Assembly (NCBI GenBank): GCA_963751345.1
Contig: CAVVUS010000018.1
Coordinates: 64,001 to 128,000 of the forward strand
Direction of reading: 5' to 3'
DNA from: an uncultured Chloroflexia bacterium
GTDB lineage: Bacteria; Chloroflexota; Anaerolineae; B4-G1; SLSP01
Length of the DNA stretch: 64,000 bases
Made by a program: the position numbers and the translations under genes. Shown in pieces: positions 9,441 to 19,089 of the stretch (positions are counted from its first letter, which is position 1; every line of letters begins with the position of its first letter). Below the pieces are notes generated by a model. The model was not told the DNA's origin, made no database searches, and worked only from the letters and a program-made list of their open reading frames with translations.

Positions 9441-9636
9441 ATCTCCCGCCAAAACTCTCGCGAAAAGCTCTCTATAAGACTATTTTTATCATAATTATAT
9501 TCGTAAATATGTCAAGCGCTCGACGGGCAGTGGCTCATTCAAGGATCCGGCAAGGTGTGTATTGGTGCAGATCGGTGTAGAATCGACCGGATGAGTTGGC
9601 TGTGAGGTGTCCGGCTTCAGCGTTCCGGGAGGGGGC

Positions 9637-10762
9637 GTGTTCGTGAAAAGTGTTGGACTGATTGTGAACCCCATCGCCGGGATGGGAGGCAGCGTCGGGC
9701 TCAAGGGCACGGACGGGGAGATGGCCCGGCGCGCGCGAGAGCTCGGTGCGGAGCCGGTGACCCCTGACCGTACCCGCGCCTTCCTGGCGCGAATCGAGCA
9801 CCTCGGCGACGTCCGCTGGGTCGCCGCGCCGGGCGCAATGGGTGCCGACTATCTGGTCTCCTTGAGGCGTGACGCCTGGTGGTCGTGGGCGAGCTCGATC
9901 CGGACGGCGCGACGACGGCCGAGGACACCCGCCGCATCGCTGCCGCGATGGCCGATGCCGGTGTGGATCTGCTGGCCTTCGTCGGCGGGGATGGGACCGC
10001 GCGCGATATCTGCGATGCGGTCGACGCGCGCCTGCCCGTGGTCGCCGTCCCGGCGGGCGTCAAGGCCTACAGCGGTGCCTTTGCGCTCAGCCCCGGTGCC
10101 GCGGCCGCAATGGTGGACGCCTTCGTCGAGGGCGTCGACGTTACCGAGGTCGAGGTGCTGGACATCGACGAGGACGCCTTCCGCGAGGGGCGGCTGGCGG
10201 CGCGTTCCTACGGCTTCTTGCTCGCGCCCAACGTCCAATCGCAGATCCAGCCGGGCAAGGAGGGCGCTCATATGACCCCCGACGCACTGGAGAACAAGCG
10301 CGAGATCGCCGGCGGCCTTCGTCGAGCAGATGGACGACGACGTGCTCTATCTTCTCGGGCCGGGCACGACGGTGCGCGCCGTCGCCGACGCGCTTGGGTG
10401 TGGAGAAGACGCTGCTGGGCATCGACGCCGTCCTTGGCGGCGAGCGTGGTCGGGCGCGACCTCAACGAGCGCGGGATCCTGGCCCTGCTGGCGACCTACA
10501 TCCCCAGAGCGAGATCGTGGTGACGCCGTTGGGCGGCAACGGTTTCATCTTCGGGCGCGGCAACAAGCCCTTCACGCCGGCGGTGATCCGCCGCGTCGGG
10601 CTCGATCGGATCATGGTGATCGCGACCGAGGAGAAGGCGCGCCAGGTCGGCGTCCTGCGGGTGGACACCGGCGATCCGGCGCTCGATGCGCAGTTGAGCG
10701 GATATCGACAGGTGATGATCGGGTACGATATCGCCCGAGCGATGAAGGTCGTCGCGGTATAG
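9637..10762 (+). CDS. ATP-NAD kinase family protein (COG3199/AcoX-like), several apparent frameshifts
   Basis: GLIVNPIAGMGGSVGLKGTDG, FVGGDGTARD, PAGVKAYSG, LGPGTT, KTLLGID, VTPLGGNGFIFGRGN and LRVDTGD across ORFs 9607, 9879, 10330 and 9869. Confidence 0.85.
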
Positions 10763-10791
10763 TCATAAGCGCTTCAACCATAGGAGGATCG

Positions 10792-12111
10792 ATGCCAGCC
10801 ACTTCCGAACGTCCGAACATTCTCTATCTGCATACCCACGACATCGGCCGGTACGTGCAGCCCTATGGCTACGCCGTGCCGACCCCGCATCTGCAGGCGC
10901 TCGCCGAGGAGGGCGTGCTCTTCCGCCAGGCGTTCTGCGCGAACCCCACCTGTTCGGCGAGCCGCGCGACGCTGCTGACCGGGATGTATCCCCACAACAA
11001 CGGCATGACCGGGCTGGCACACCGGGGATGGGCGCTTGAATGACTACAACCAGCACATCGTGCACACGCTGCGGGACGCCGGCTACGAGACGGTGCTGAC
11101 CGGCGTGCAGCACGTGGCCTCGCACCAAGAGGGGGAGCCGTGGCAGACGATCGGCTACGACAAGTGGCTTGGCGGCGAGAACCCGCACGACCGCGCCGTC
11201 GAGTACCTTGAGGTCGGACGCCCGCACAGCCCTTCTTCCTCTCCGTGGGCTTCGGCGACACACACCGCGAATACGGGCCGATCACCGACGCGGGCGATCC
11301 GCGCTATTGCCGTCCGCCCGAGCCGATTGCTGATACGCCTGAGACCCGCGAGGATATGGCGCACTTCATGACCAGCGCACGGGAGGTCGACGCCAAGATG
11401 GGCGCGGTCCTGGCGGCGCTCGATCGGACCGGGTTGGCCGAAAACACGCTCGTCATCTGCACGACCGACCACGGGGTGGCCTTCCCGCGGATGAAGTGCA
11501 CGCTCACCGACAGCGGGATCGGCATCATGTTGATCGTGCGGGGGCCAGGTGGCTTCAAGGGTGGGCGCGTGATCGACAGCATGGTCGGCCACATCGACCT
11601 CTTCCCCACCGTCTGCGATCTCCTGGGGATCGAGCCCCCGCCATGGCTGCAGGGTGTCTCGCTGATGCCCATGATCCGCGGCGAAGCCGAGGCCGTGCGC
11701 GACGAGATCTTCACCGAGGTGAACTACCACGCCGCCTACGAGCCGATGCGCTCGATCCGCACCAAGCGCTGGAAGTACATCCGCCGCTACGACGACCGCG
11801 ACGCGCCCGTGCTGCCCAACTGCGACGACAGCCCCAGCAAGACGCTCTGGCTCGACAACGGGTGGGCGGAGCTCGCGCCCGACAGGGAGGCGCTCTTCGA
11901 CCTTGTCTTCGATCCGAACGAAGCGCACAACCTGGTGGGCGACCCCAGGGCGGACGATGTCCTGTCGGACCTCCGCGCCCGGCTCGACCGGTGGATGGAG
12001 GCCACCGACGATCCCTTGCTCAAGGGCAGGATTCCCGCTCCGGCGGGGGCTGTCGTCAATGACCCGGATGGCCTCTCACCGCGGGAGGAGCCCCGGCTGG
12101 TCGCCGATTGA
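10792..12111 (+). CDS. Sulfatase (sulfamidase-like), 2 apparent frameshifts
   Basis: RPNILYLHTHD, formylglycine motif CSASRATLLTG, TTDHG and EALFDLVFDPNE. SD AGGAGG. Confidence 0.9.
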
Positions 12112-12812
12112 TGAAGCTGCTCATCTGGGACTTCGACGGCACGTTGGGCTATCGTGCCGGTGGCGCCTGGACGGCCTCGCTCTTGGAGGTCGTGCAGCGG
12201 GAAGTGCCGAACAGCCCCGTCACGCCGGATGATCTGTGGCCCTATACGCAGTCGGGCTTTCCGTGGCTCGAGCCGGAGGTATCCCATCCCCAGCTGACCT
12301 CGGCCGACGGCTGGTGGGCGGCCTTGGAGGAAATCTTCGAGGCCGCCTATCGTGGAGTCGGGTTCTCCGCCGTGCAGGCGCACGACCTGGCGCGGCAGGT
12401 ACGTGCCACTTATCTGGCACCGGATCGCTGGCGGCTCTATGACGATGTGGTTCCCACGCTTACAAGGCTGCGCAAGGACGGTTGGACCCACGCCATGCTC
12501 ACAAACCACGTCCCCGAGCTGCCCGAGATCGCCGTCCGGTTGGGGCTGGCGCACCACTTCGCCCGGATCTTCAACTCGGCCCAGACGGGGTATGAGAAGC
12601 CGCATCCGCAGGCCTTCCGGCAGGTATTGGAGGCCTTCGCGGGCGCCGGCCCGCGCTGGATGATCGGTGACAGTTACAACGCCGACATCCTCGGCGCTAC
12701 GGCTGCCGGCATCCCGGCAGTGCTCGTCCGTCGCCATCACTCCGACGTAGAGCACTTCGTCGAGACGCTCGACGAGTTGCCTCGCATCATCGCAGGAGGA
12801 GAACTCTCGTGA
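12111..12812 (+). CDS. HAD-family hydrolase
   Basis: Motif I WDFDGTL, LTN, EKPHP and MIGDSYNADI. Start overlaps the sulfatase stop (TGATG). Confidence 0.9.
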   Translation: MKLLIWDFDGTLGYRAGGAWTASLLEVVQREVPNSPVTPDDLWPYTQSGFPWLEPEVSHPQLTSADGWWAALEEIFEAAYRGVGFSAVQAHDLARQVRATYLAPDRWRLYDDVVPTLTRLRKDGWTHAMLTNHVPELPEIAVRLGLAHHFARIFNSAQTGYEKPHPQAFRQVLEAFAGAGPRWMIGDSYNADILGATAAGIPAVLVRRHHSDVEHFVETLDELPRIIAGGELS

Positions 12813-14035
12813 CCGTCAAAGACTTCGCCATTCTGCGTGACTTGGCCGAGCGTTACATCGAGATCGCTGCCGACCCCGTGATGGATGTGCGGCGAGATCT
12901 CTGGCGGCGTCACAACAGCCTCAAGCGGACGCGTCCGCTCATCTACGTGCGCGCCTTCGCCTGGCAGGAGATGCCTGAGTCGCGGCTCCATTGCGATGAT
13001 CCCTTCTATCGCGGCTACGAGGATTTCTTTCGCCAGAGTCTCTTCCGCTACACCTTCAACGATGACTTCATCTTCGAGCCGTGGGTGACCGTGCGCGCGG
13101 CGTGCGTCACACCTCCCGAAGGCGTCTGGGGGTTGGCCTCGCCGCGCACGCACAGCGCCGAACCGCGGGGCTCCTTCGTCTGGGATCCGCCGATCAAGGC
13201 GGAGGCCGACATCGACCGGCTGATCGAGCCGCATCACGTCATCGATGAGGCCGAGACGGCGCGCCGGGTGGAGAAGCTAGACGATGCCATCGGCGACCTC
13301 GTCACCATTGACGTCGACCGGCAGCCCGCGTACGTCATGTGGGATGGCGACATCTCGACCCAGCTTGCTTACTTGCGCGGGCTCGAGCAGATCATGTGGG
13401 ATATGATGGACCGTCCCGTATGGCTGCACCGGCTGCTTACGCGGATGCGCGATGGGATCCTCCGCACCCACGAGGAGGCGGAGCGCGTGGGCGATTGGTC
13501 GCTGAGCTCGCACCAGAACCAGGCGATGCCGTACGCCGAGGAGTTGCCGAGTCCTGCGCCCAACAGCGATCCCGTCCACCGCGACCAGCTCTGGATCTTC
13601 GTCGCCTCTCAGGAGACCACGGCGGTAGGTCCCAAGCAGTTCGACGAGTTCATGCTGCAGTACCAGATTCCGATCATGGCACCCTTTGGCTTGGCGGCCT
13701 ACGGCTGCTGCGAGGACCTGACGCGCAAGATCGACGTCCTCCGCCAGATCCCCAACCTCCGCCGCATCGCCGTCTCCCCGATGGCGGACGTCGCGAAGTG
13801 CGCCGAGCAAATCGGCCAGGACTATGTCCTTAGCTATCGTCCGAGCCCCACGGACATGGTCGGCTACGGCTTCGACCCGGCCAAGGCCCGTGATATGCTG
13901 ATGCGCGACCTCGACGCCTGCGGCGACTGCCACGTCGACATCACGCTCAAGGACGTGGAGACGGTCCAGGGCGACCGGGAGCGGATCCGCCGCTGGACCG
14001 AGGTCACGCGGGAGGTGATTGCGCGGCGAGGGTGA
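12809..14035 (+). CDS. Uroporphyrinogen decarboxylase-like (URO-D superfamily) protein of unknown function
   Basis: LRGLEQIMWDMMDRP, VGPKQFDEF, YGCCEDL, LRRIAVSP and DITLKDVETV. Start overlaps the HAD stop (GTGA). Confidence 0.65.
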   Translation: MTVKDFAILRDLAERYIEIAADPVMDVRRDLWRRHNSLKRTRPLIYVRAFAWQEMPESRLHCDDPFYRGYEDFFRQSLFRYTFNDDFIFEPWVTVRAACVTPPEGVWGLASPRTHSAEPRGSFVWDPPIKAEADIDRLIEPHHVIDEAETARRVEKLDDAIGDLVTIDVDRQPAYVMWDGDISTQLAYLRGLEQIMWDMMDRPVWLHRLLTRMRDGILRTHEEAERVGDWSLSSHQNQAMPYAEELPSPAPNSDPVHRDQLWIFVASQETTAVGPKQFDEFMLQYQIPIMAPFGLAAYGCCEDLTRKIDVLRQIPNLRRIAVSPMADVAKCAEQIGQDYVLSYRPSPTDMVGYGFDPAKARDMLMRDLDACGDCHVDITLKDVETVQGDRERIRRWTEVTREVIARRG

Positions 14036-14078
14036 CAATTGACCGGACGTGCATCAAAAGGACTGAGCTGAACGGCTC

Positions 14079-14123
14079 TTGACTTATACGTACGTATAGT
14101 GTAGATTTGTACGTATTAGGAGG
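14079..14123 (+). promoter_or_regulatory. Toxin-antitoxin promoter with palindromic operator
   Basis: TTGACT-N17-TAGATT with the perfect palindrome TATACGTACGTATA (14085-14098) in the spacer, a second TACGTA at 14110-14115, and SD AGGAGG. Confidence 0.75.
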
Positions 14124-14129
14124 ACGCCA

Positions 14130-14381
14130 ATGGACGCAAAGCTGACGCTAAAACTGGATGAGGATGTCATCGAGCAGGCCAAGGCGTATGCTCGTGATCA
14201 TCAGGAGAGCCTTTCGTCGCTGGTTGAGCGGTATTTTCGCCTTCTCGTCGATCAGGGCCAGGGGCCAGCAGACTTGGAGATTTCCTCGACGGTCTGGGAG
14301 CTATCCGGCATCATCCGGCTTGACGAAGCGGATGATAGGCGTGAGGCTTACACCGACTATCTTCTTGAGAAGTACAGCTAA
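14130..14381 (+). CDS. DUF6364-type antitoxin (RHH-like)
   Basis: MDAKLTLKLDEDVIEQAKAYA...SLSSLVERYF...YLLEKY; overlaps the PIN gene start (TAATG). Confidence 0.85.
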   Translation: MDAKLTLKLDEDVIEQAKAYARDHQESLSSLVERYFRLLVDQGQGPADLEISSTVWELSGIIRLDEADDRREAYTDYLLEKYS

Positions 14382-14818
14382 TGTCCCCGGTCTTCCTCGA
14401 CGCCGACGTCATCCTGGACGTGCTTGCCGAGCGGCATCCCTTCTATACCCCTGCGGCAAGGTTGATGACGTTGATCGAGGCACAGGAGACCGCAGGCTAT
14501 ACGTCCTCGCTGATCTTCGCCAACCTCTATTACATCCTGCGGAGACTTCGCGATCGGGAGACCGCCCTGGCCTCTCTGCGGCGCCTGCACACGCTGTTAG
14601 GCATTTTACCCGTCGATGATCGCTGCATCGCGTTTGCTCTCGACTCGCCCTTTGTCGACTTCGAGGACGCGATCCAATACTACACAGCCTTTCAGCACGA
14701 GATAGGATATCTGGTCACTCGAAACGTGAAGGACTATCGGCAGGCTGACGATAGCGCGGTGACGGTGTGCACGGCAGAGGACTATCTAGGCTTGTGGCTT
14801 GTCAGTAGGTCTCTCTGA
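14381..14818 (+). CDS. PIN-domain (VapC-like) toxin
   Basis: VFLDADVILD, DFEDAIQY and LVTRNVKDY acidic motifs. Confidence 0.9.
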   Translation: MSPVFLDADVILDVLAERHPFYTPAARLMTLIEAQETAGYTSSLIFANLYYILRRLRDRETALASLRRLHTLLGILPVDDRCIAFALDSPFVDFEDAIQYYTAFQHEIGYLVTRNVKDYRQADDSAVTVCTAEDYLGLWLVSRSL

Positions 14819-14854
14819 ATCCCCGTACGTCTCGCCTGGATGATATGATGGCTA

Positions 14855-16315
14855 CTACGGGTACGGCGAACTGCTACGTCGACGACGAATGCGGCAGTCG
14901 TATACCGCGTGCAGGTCGGATTCGACGGCGTTGGCCACGTGTGCGTCGAGGAGGGCCTCGAGACGAGACCGTACTGCCTGATACGCGGGATCGGCGGCGA
15001 CGTTGGTGCTCTCAAGCGGATCGCTGCGGACGTCATAGAGCGCGACATCCACCTCCGCGGGCTCTGGCGCACGCCCATTGACGCGGACGGTCCGGTCCAG
15101 CCGGTAATCAGCCGTCCGTACGCACGCTCGCCGCGGCCAACCGCCCGTCCCCGGATAGTTGCCCACTCTCAGGTTGGGGAAGGCGCGGCTTGGACGCTCC
15201 CCAAAGCCTATCGTCGCGTAGACGGCCTCAGGCGGCGCGTCTCTGAACAGATCCCTGCCCCGGAAGCTGTCTGGCGCCTCAATGCCACAGAGCCCGAAGA
15301 GCGTCCGTGCCAGGTCCAGGCTCTCGGACAGATCCTCGCGCCGGACGCCGGCGGGCAGTGTGTTCCGCCACTGAATCAACCGCGGCACCCGGTGGACCTG
15401 TGGTGCGAAGATGTGCTTTGCCCACCATCCATTCTCTCCCAGCGACGCGCCGTGATCGGCGTCAAAGACGATGATGGTGTCCTCCGTCAGCCCGGCGCGG
15501 TCAAGGTAGTCCAGCACCCGGCCCACCTGACCGTCGATCCAGGCCACGAGCCCATAGTAGTAGGACTGGGCAAGCTGAATCTCCCTCGGGCTGAGATTGT
15601 CTGCTTTGAGGACACCGGCGAAGGCAGCCTCAAACTCGCTTGTGCTCCCCGCCGGTGTTGGGTTGTGCCCTGGTTCGCGACGGTCCGGGAACGCCTCCGG
15701 ATCGTACAGCGTGTCGAAGGGCGGGGGCGGGAAGACGGGTGTGTGGGGCTCCAGGAAGCTGAGGCGCACCAGGAAGGGCCGATCCGCCTGCGCCATCCAG
15801 GCCAGGGCGTTGTCGACCAGCACCGTGTGGGGATAGGGCACACCCGGGGGGAAGGCGCCACCCAGATAGGTGGGCACGCCCTCAGGCACGATCAGGCTGG
15901 GATCGTCCCGGGGGACGATGGCGAAGAGATCGTCCATCCCAGACCCGTCCGAGTCGCAGACGTCCCAGCGGTTCATCTCCGGCGGAACGTGCCACTTCCC
16001 GAAGTTGGCAGTGGTGTAGCCGTTTTCCGCGAAGACCTGTGGGAACGTGATGACCTCGGTAGGCATCCTGTAGCCGCGCCACGCGCCCTCGTTATGATAG
16101 ACGCCGGTCTCCTCAGGGGGACGTGCTGTCAGAGTCGAGACCCGCGATGGCACACATACCGGTGAGTTGCAGAAGCACTCCTCAAAGAGCGTCCCGTTTT
16201 CGGCGAGCGAATCGAGATAGGGGGTCTGCGGCTGAATCAAGGGGTGCCCGTAGCAGCCCAGCGCATCGGTCCGCAGTTCGTCACAATAGATCCATACGAT
16301 GTTGGGTTTGTTCAT
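14855..16315 (-). CDS. Sulfatase family protein (choline-sulfatase/arylsulfatase-like)
   Basis: KPNIVWIYCDELR, CVPSRVSTLT, GKWH, DADHG and LYDVRSDPLE. Confidence 0.92.
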   Translation of the reverse strand: MNKPNIVWIYCDELRTDALGCYGHPLIQPQTPYLDSLAENGTLFEECFCNSPVCVPSRVSTLTARPPEETGVYHNEGAWRGYRMPTEVITFPQVFAENGYTTANFGKWHVPPEMNRWDVCDSDGSGMDDLFAIVPRDDPSLIVPEGVPTYLGGAFPPGVPYPHTVLVDNALAWMAQADRPFLVRLSFLEPHTPVFPPPPFDTLYDPEAFPDRREPGHNPTPAGSTSEFEAAFAGVLKADNLSPREIQLAQSYYYGLVAWIDGQVGRVLDYLDRAGLTEDTIIVFDADHGASLGENGWWAKHIFAPQVHRVPRLIQWRNTLPAGVRREDLSESLDLARTLFGLCGIEAPDSFRGRDLFRDAPPEAVYATIGFGERPSRAFPNLRVGNYPGTGGWPRRACVRTADYRLDRTVRVNGRAPEPAEVDVALYDVRSDPLESTNVAADPAYQAVRSRLEALLDAHVANAVESDLHAVYDCRIRRRRSSSPYP

Positions 16316-16365
16316 ACGTCCTCGTCAAAAGATGTTGTCACAGAGATGGGGGTCGCCCTATACGC

Positions 16366-16980
16366 TCACGGGGACGGCACAGCCCGGAACGGCGCCACCT
16401 TGAGTTGGCTGAGTACGTCATCCCGCAGAGCCTCCGGAAGACCTGCCGCTGAGATCCCCTGCTGGACGAAGTCCAGATCGCAACCCTGCGTCTGCATGAA
16501 CTCGATTAGGGGGCGATAGCGGTCGGGGCGATTGCGGTACAGCTCGGTGATCAGCCGAAGCTCAAGCGCTACGGTGGGTACGCTGTAGCGACCACAGGGG
16601 ATCAGCACGTAGTGCTCCCAAGGGCCACGCCCGAAGGTCTCAATCGTGTCCGCATCGGAGTCGATCTCCACCGTGCTGAGTTCTACCTCTACACCTTGCA
16701 CGTCATAGCCGGCGTAGTACTGGCGCGAATCGGGGAGCCAGACGGGCGGCACCAGGCAGGGATACGCCGAGAGCGTGGCATCGAGCGCGTCCACGTCGGC
16801 GCGCTCCTTCACCAGGATGTCGATGTCAGCCGCGGGAAGCGGCACGCCGTGCAACAGCGCCGCCCCGGTGCCGACTACACGGTAGACCACGTGCGCGCAG
16901 GTGGGCATGGTGGCGTCGAGGAAGGCGATTAACGTCTCCCGGAGTCGTTCGAGGCTCAGTGTCGGTTCCGGATGTTCCAT
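16366..16980 (-). CDS. Nucleotidyltransferase-fold protein
   Basis: VVGTGAALLHGV...DIDIL (hG[GS]...DxD-like). SD GAGGAGG before the ATG at 16980. Confidence 0.65.
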   Translation of the reverse strand: MEHPEPTLSLERLRETLIAFLDATMPTCAHVVYRVVGTGAALLHGVPLPAADIDILVKERADVDALDATLSAYPCLVPPVWLPDSRQYYAGYDVQGVEVELSTVEIDSDADTIETFGRGPWEHYVLIPCGRYSVPTVALELRLITELYRNRPDRYRPLIEFMQTQGCDLDFVQQGISAAGLPEALRDDVLSQLKVAPFRAVPSP

Positions 16981-17013
16981 TTCAGACCTCCTCAAATGCC
17001 GACATAGACGCGA

Positions 17014-19035
17014 TCACGGCGTGCGCCGCGGGAGATTTCCTTGGTCCGTGGCCGTCCGTAGTCTCAGGATGAGCGGCGTCAGCGTCGGGGCGCTCACCTC
17101 GCAGTGCAGGCTTCCATCCTCGAAACTGAATCCAACCGGGGCCCAGGTGCCGTCCGGCAACAGGCGTTCGACCTCGCGTACGGGCGCTCCCGGAAACCGG
17201 ACGGTGAGCCCCTCCAACGTATCGGGGTTGAGGTTGAAGACGCAGAGGTATGCCCGCCCCGCGTCGGATGTATCCCGCCCGTGGAGGACAAAGACGTCGA
17301 GGTCCGTCTCCACCCAGACGGGCGGGCGCCCTTCTGCCAGCCAGGTGAGCGTCTCGATGAGCTGGGTCTTGCGCTTGGCGTTGTAGAAGATCCACTCCAG
17401 CGGCGCCTGCATCGAGAGCCCATAGACCGCGACGCGCCCGCCGAGCGCGTTCTCGTACCAGGTCAGCCCGGGCGCGACCGGAGCGAGCGCCCCGACGGTC
17501 CCCGTCACAAAGCTGGAGACAACGCGGGTGTCGACCGACTTGGGCGTCAGGCGGTAGCGCCCGGAGCCGGTCATGCCGACCGTCTGCTCCCGCGAGCGCG
17601 TCGACTCCGGGATCATGTGCAATATCTCGGCGGTGCAGGCGAAGGGAGCGTCGTCGACCGTCACGCCGAGGAGGTCGCCGAATCCGCGTTGACCCAGAAG
17701 CCAAGCCGCCTCCCCGTCGAGCAGCAATGAGCCGGCGAGCAGGTCGCGCAGTTCGTCATCGTCAAAGGCGTACGACGCGGTGCGGCAGAGCGCTCGCGGC
17801 GCGTCCGGCAGACCCGTGCCCGCGAGGTCCTCGCCGCTCCCGACCGTGAAGGGGATGCCCAGCCTACCGAAGACGCGCCACCCCCAGTCATCAGTGGGGA
17901 AGTCGAGCGCTCTCTGCTGATCCCACGGCTTCTGTACGATCTCCTCGATGCGTCCCAACACCTGCGGCCCGAGCCACGTCACGTGATCCCTGATTCGCCC
18001 GACCTCGTCGAGGAAGGGCCGCGCCCGCTTGAGCGCGTCCATAAACGGCATCGTCTCGCGCCAGCCGTCCTCATCGGTCTTGATAAACCAATACTTGCCG
18101 CCCCGGCATCCCACCAGCGTCGTCGCCGTGAGGTGTGCCAAGTGTGAGCGGACCGAGAGGCTGTGGCGGTTGTGGGGGCACGTGTCGGCCTCGGTGAGCA
18201 CGGTGGTGGCGGGGGATAGCGCCGCGATCTCGCGCTGCGTGCGGGTGACGCGTTCGGGGAAGTCCTTGAGCCCGTGCTCCAGGTAGATCGCGTTGTGGAC
18301 CCGCACCAGCGGCGGGTGATCGCTCGCGAGCGTCTCGGCGATGTCCTGAGCGAAGTGCACCTCTGCCGCGACGCAGGCCAGCGAACCGGGGATCGAGGGA
18401 TCGACGACGTCGACCGCGGCGCGGATCACACCGGCGAGTTCGACGAGGCTCCGGCGCTTTAGCTCCTCCCATTGTGTCCGCAGCGCCGTATCCCCGGCTG
18501 CAAAGCGGGCCACCAGCGCCTCGCGGGACAGATCGAGTCCCGTCATCTCCACAAAACGCGCCAGGTGGAGCGGGCACATACAGCCTCGATGGGCCGGGTC
18601 GTGCGACGCGAGGCGGAAGTCGTCGTCGATCATAAAGAACGCCGGTGCCTCGCGGGCCAGCGTCGTCATCAGCGTCGTGGTATAGGCCTGAAAGTCGGGG
18701 TCGAGCGGACAGAAGCTCTCGCGGGACACGACACCGTCGGCACCGACGAGGGGCTGGAAGGGTACCTCCCCGGCAAGACGACCGCGGTCACCGTGGCCGA
18801 TCAGCGCCTGGATCAGCAGACCGGCCCGCGCGGGCGTCCCCTCCAGCCCCACCTTGAGCAACCGGAAGCGATGCACCCAGTCGCGCAGGCGGTCCGCGAG
18901 CGGCTCCTCGTTGGGCACCGCCGTGACCATAAAGGCGAGGTCGCGGGCGCCGGTCTGGGCGACGAGATCCCGGATGCGCGCGATGGAGGCTGCTTCGTCG
19001 CCCGGCGCTACGTCTACGATGAAGATGTCGTGCAT
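17014..19035 (-). CDS. Hypothetical glycoside hydrolase-like protein (TIM barrel plus trimerisation-like domain)
   Basis: 673-aa ORF with CPLDPDF, FMIDDDFR, GCMCPLH and TEADTCPH, and C-terminal LLLDGEAA / ENALGGRVAV segments. Confidence 0.55.
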   Translation of the reverse strand: MHDIFIVDVAPGDEAASIARIRDLVAQTGARDLAFMVTAVPNEEPLADRLRDWVHRFRLLKVGLEGTPARAGLLIQALIGHGDRGRLAGEVPFQPLVGADGVVSRESFCPLDPDFQAYTTTLMTTLAREAPAFFMIDDDFRLASHDPAHRGCMCPLHLARFVEMTGLDLSREALVARFAAGDTALRTQWEELKRRSLVELAGVIRAAVDVVDPSIPGSLACVAAEVHFAQDIAETLASDHPPLVRVHNAIYLEHGLKDFPERVTRTQREIAALSPATTVLTEADTCPHNRHSLSVRSHLAHLTATTLVGCRGGKYWFIKTDEDGWRETMPFMDALKRARPFLDEVGRIRDHVTWLGPQVLGRIEEIVQKPWDQQRALDFPTDDWGWRVFGRLGIPFTVGSGEDLAGTGLPDAPRALCRTASYAFDDDELRDLLAGSLLLDGEAAWLLGQRGFGDLLGVTVDDAPFACTAEILHMIPESTRSREQTVGMTGSGRYRLTPKSVDTRVVSSFVTGTVGALAPVAPGLTWYENALGGRVAVYGLSMQAPLEWIFYNAKRKTQLIETLTWLAEGRPPVWVETDLDVFVLHGRDTSDAGRAYLCVFNLNPDTLEGLTVRFPGAPVREVERLLPDGTWAPVGFSFEDGSLHCEVSAPTLTPLILRLRTATDQGNLPRRTP

Positions 19036-19089
19036 AGGATTTGTCCTATCCGTTGTGTTTTGGCGCGATATTACGGCTTTGAGGCGTAG

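Noticed and set aside
14909-16165. 418-aa plus-strand ORF, and similar long antisense ORFs (8389-9477, 36992-38218, 43331-44635, 45476-46780, 47550-48488, 55416-56375)
   Set aside because: Each lies opposite a well-supported gene and has no recognisable motifs. Such shadows are expected from high-GC codon bias.
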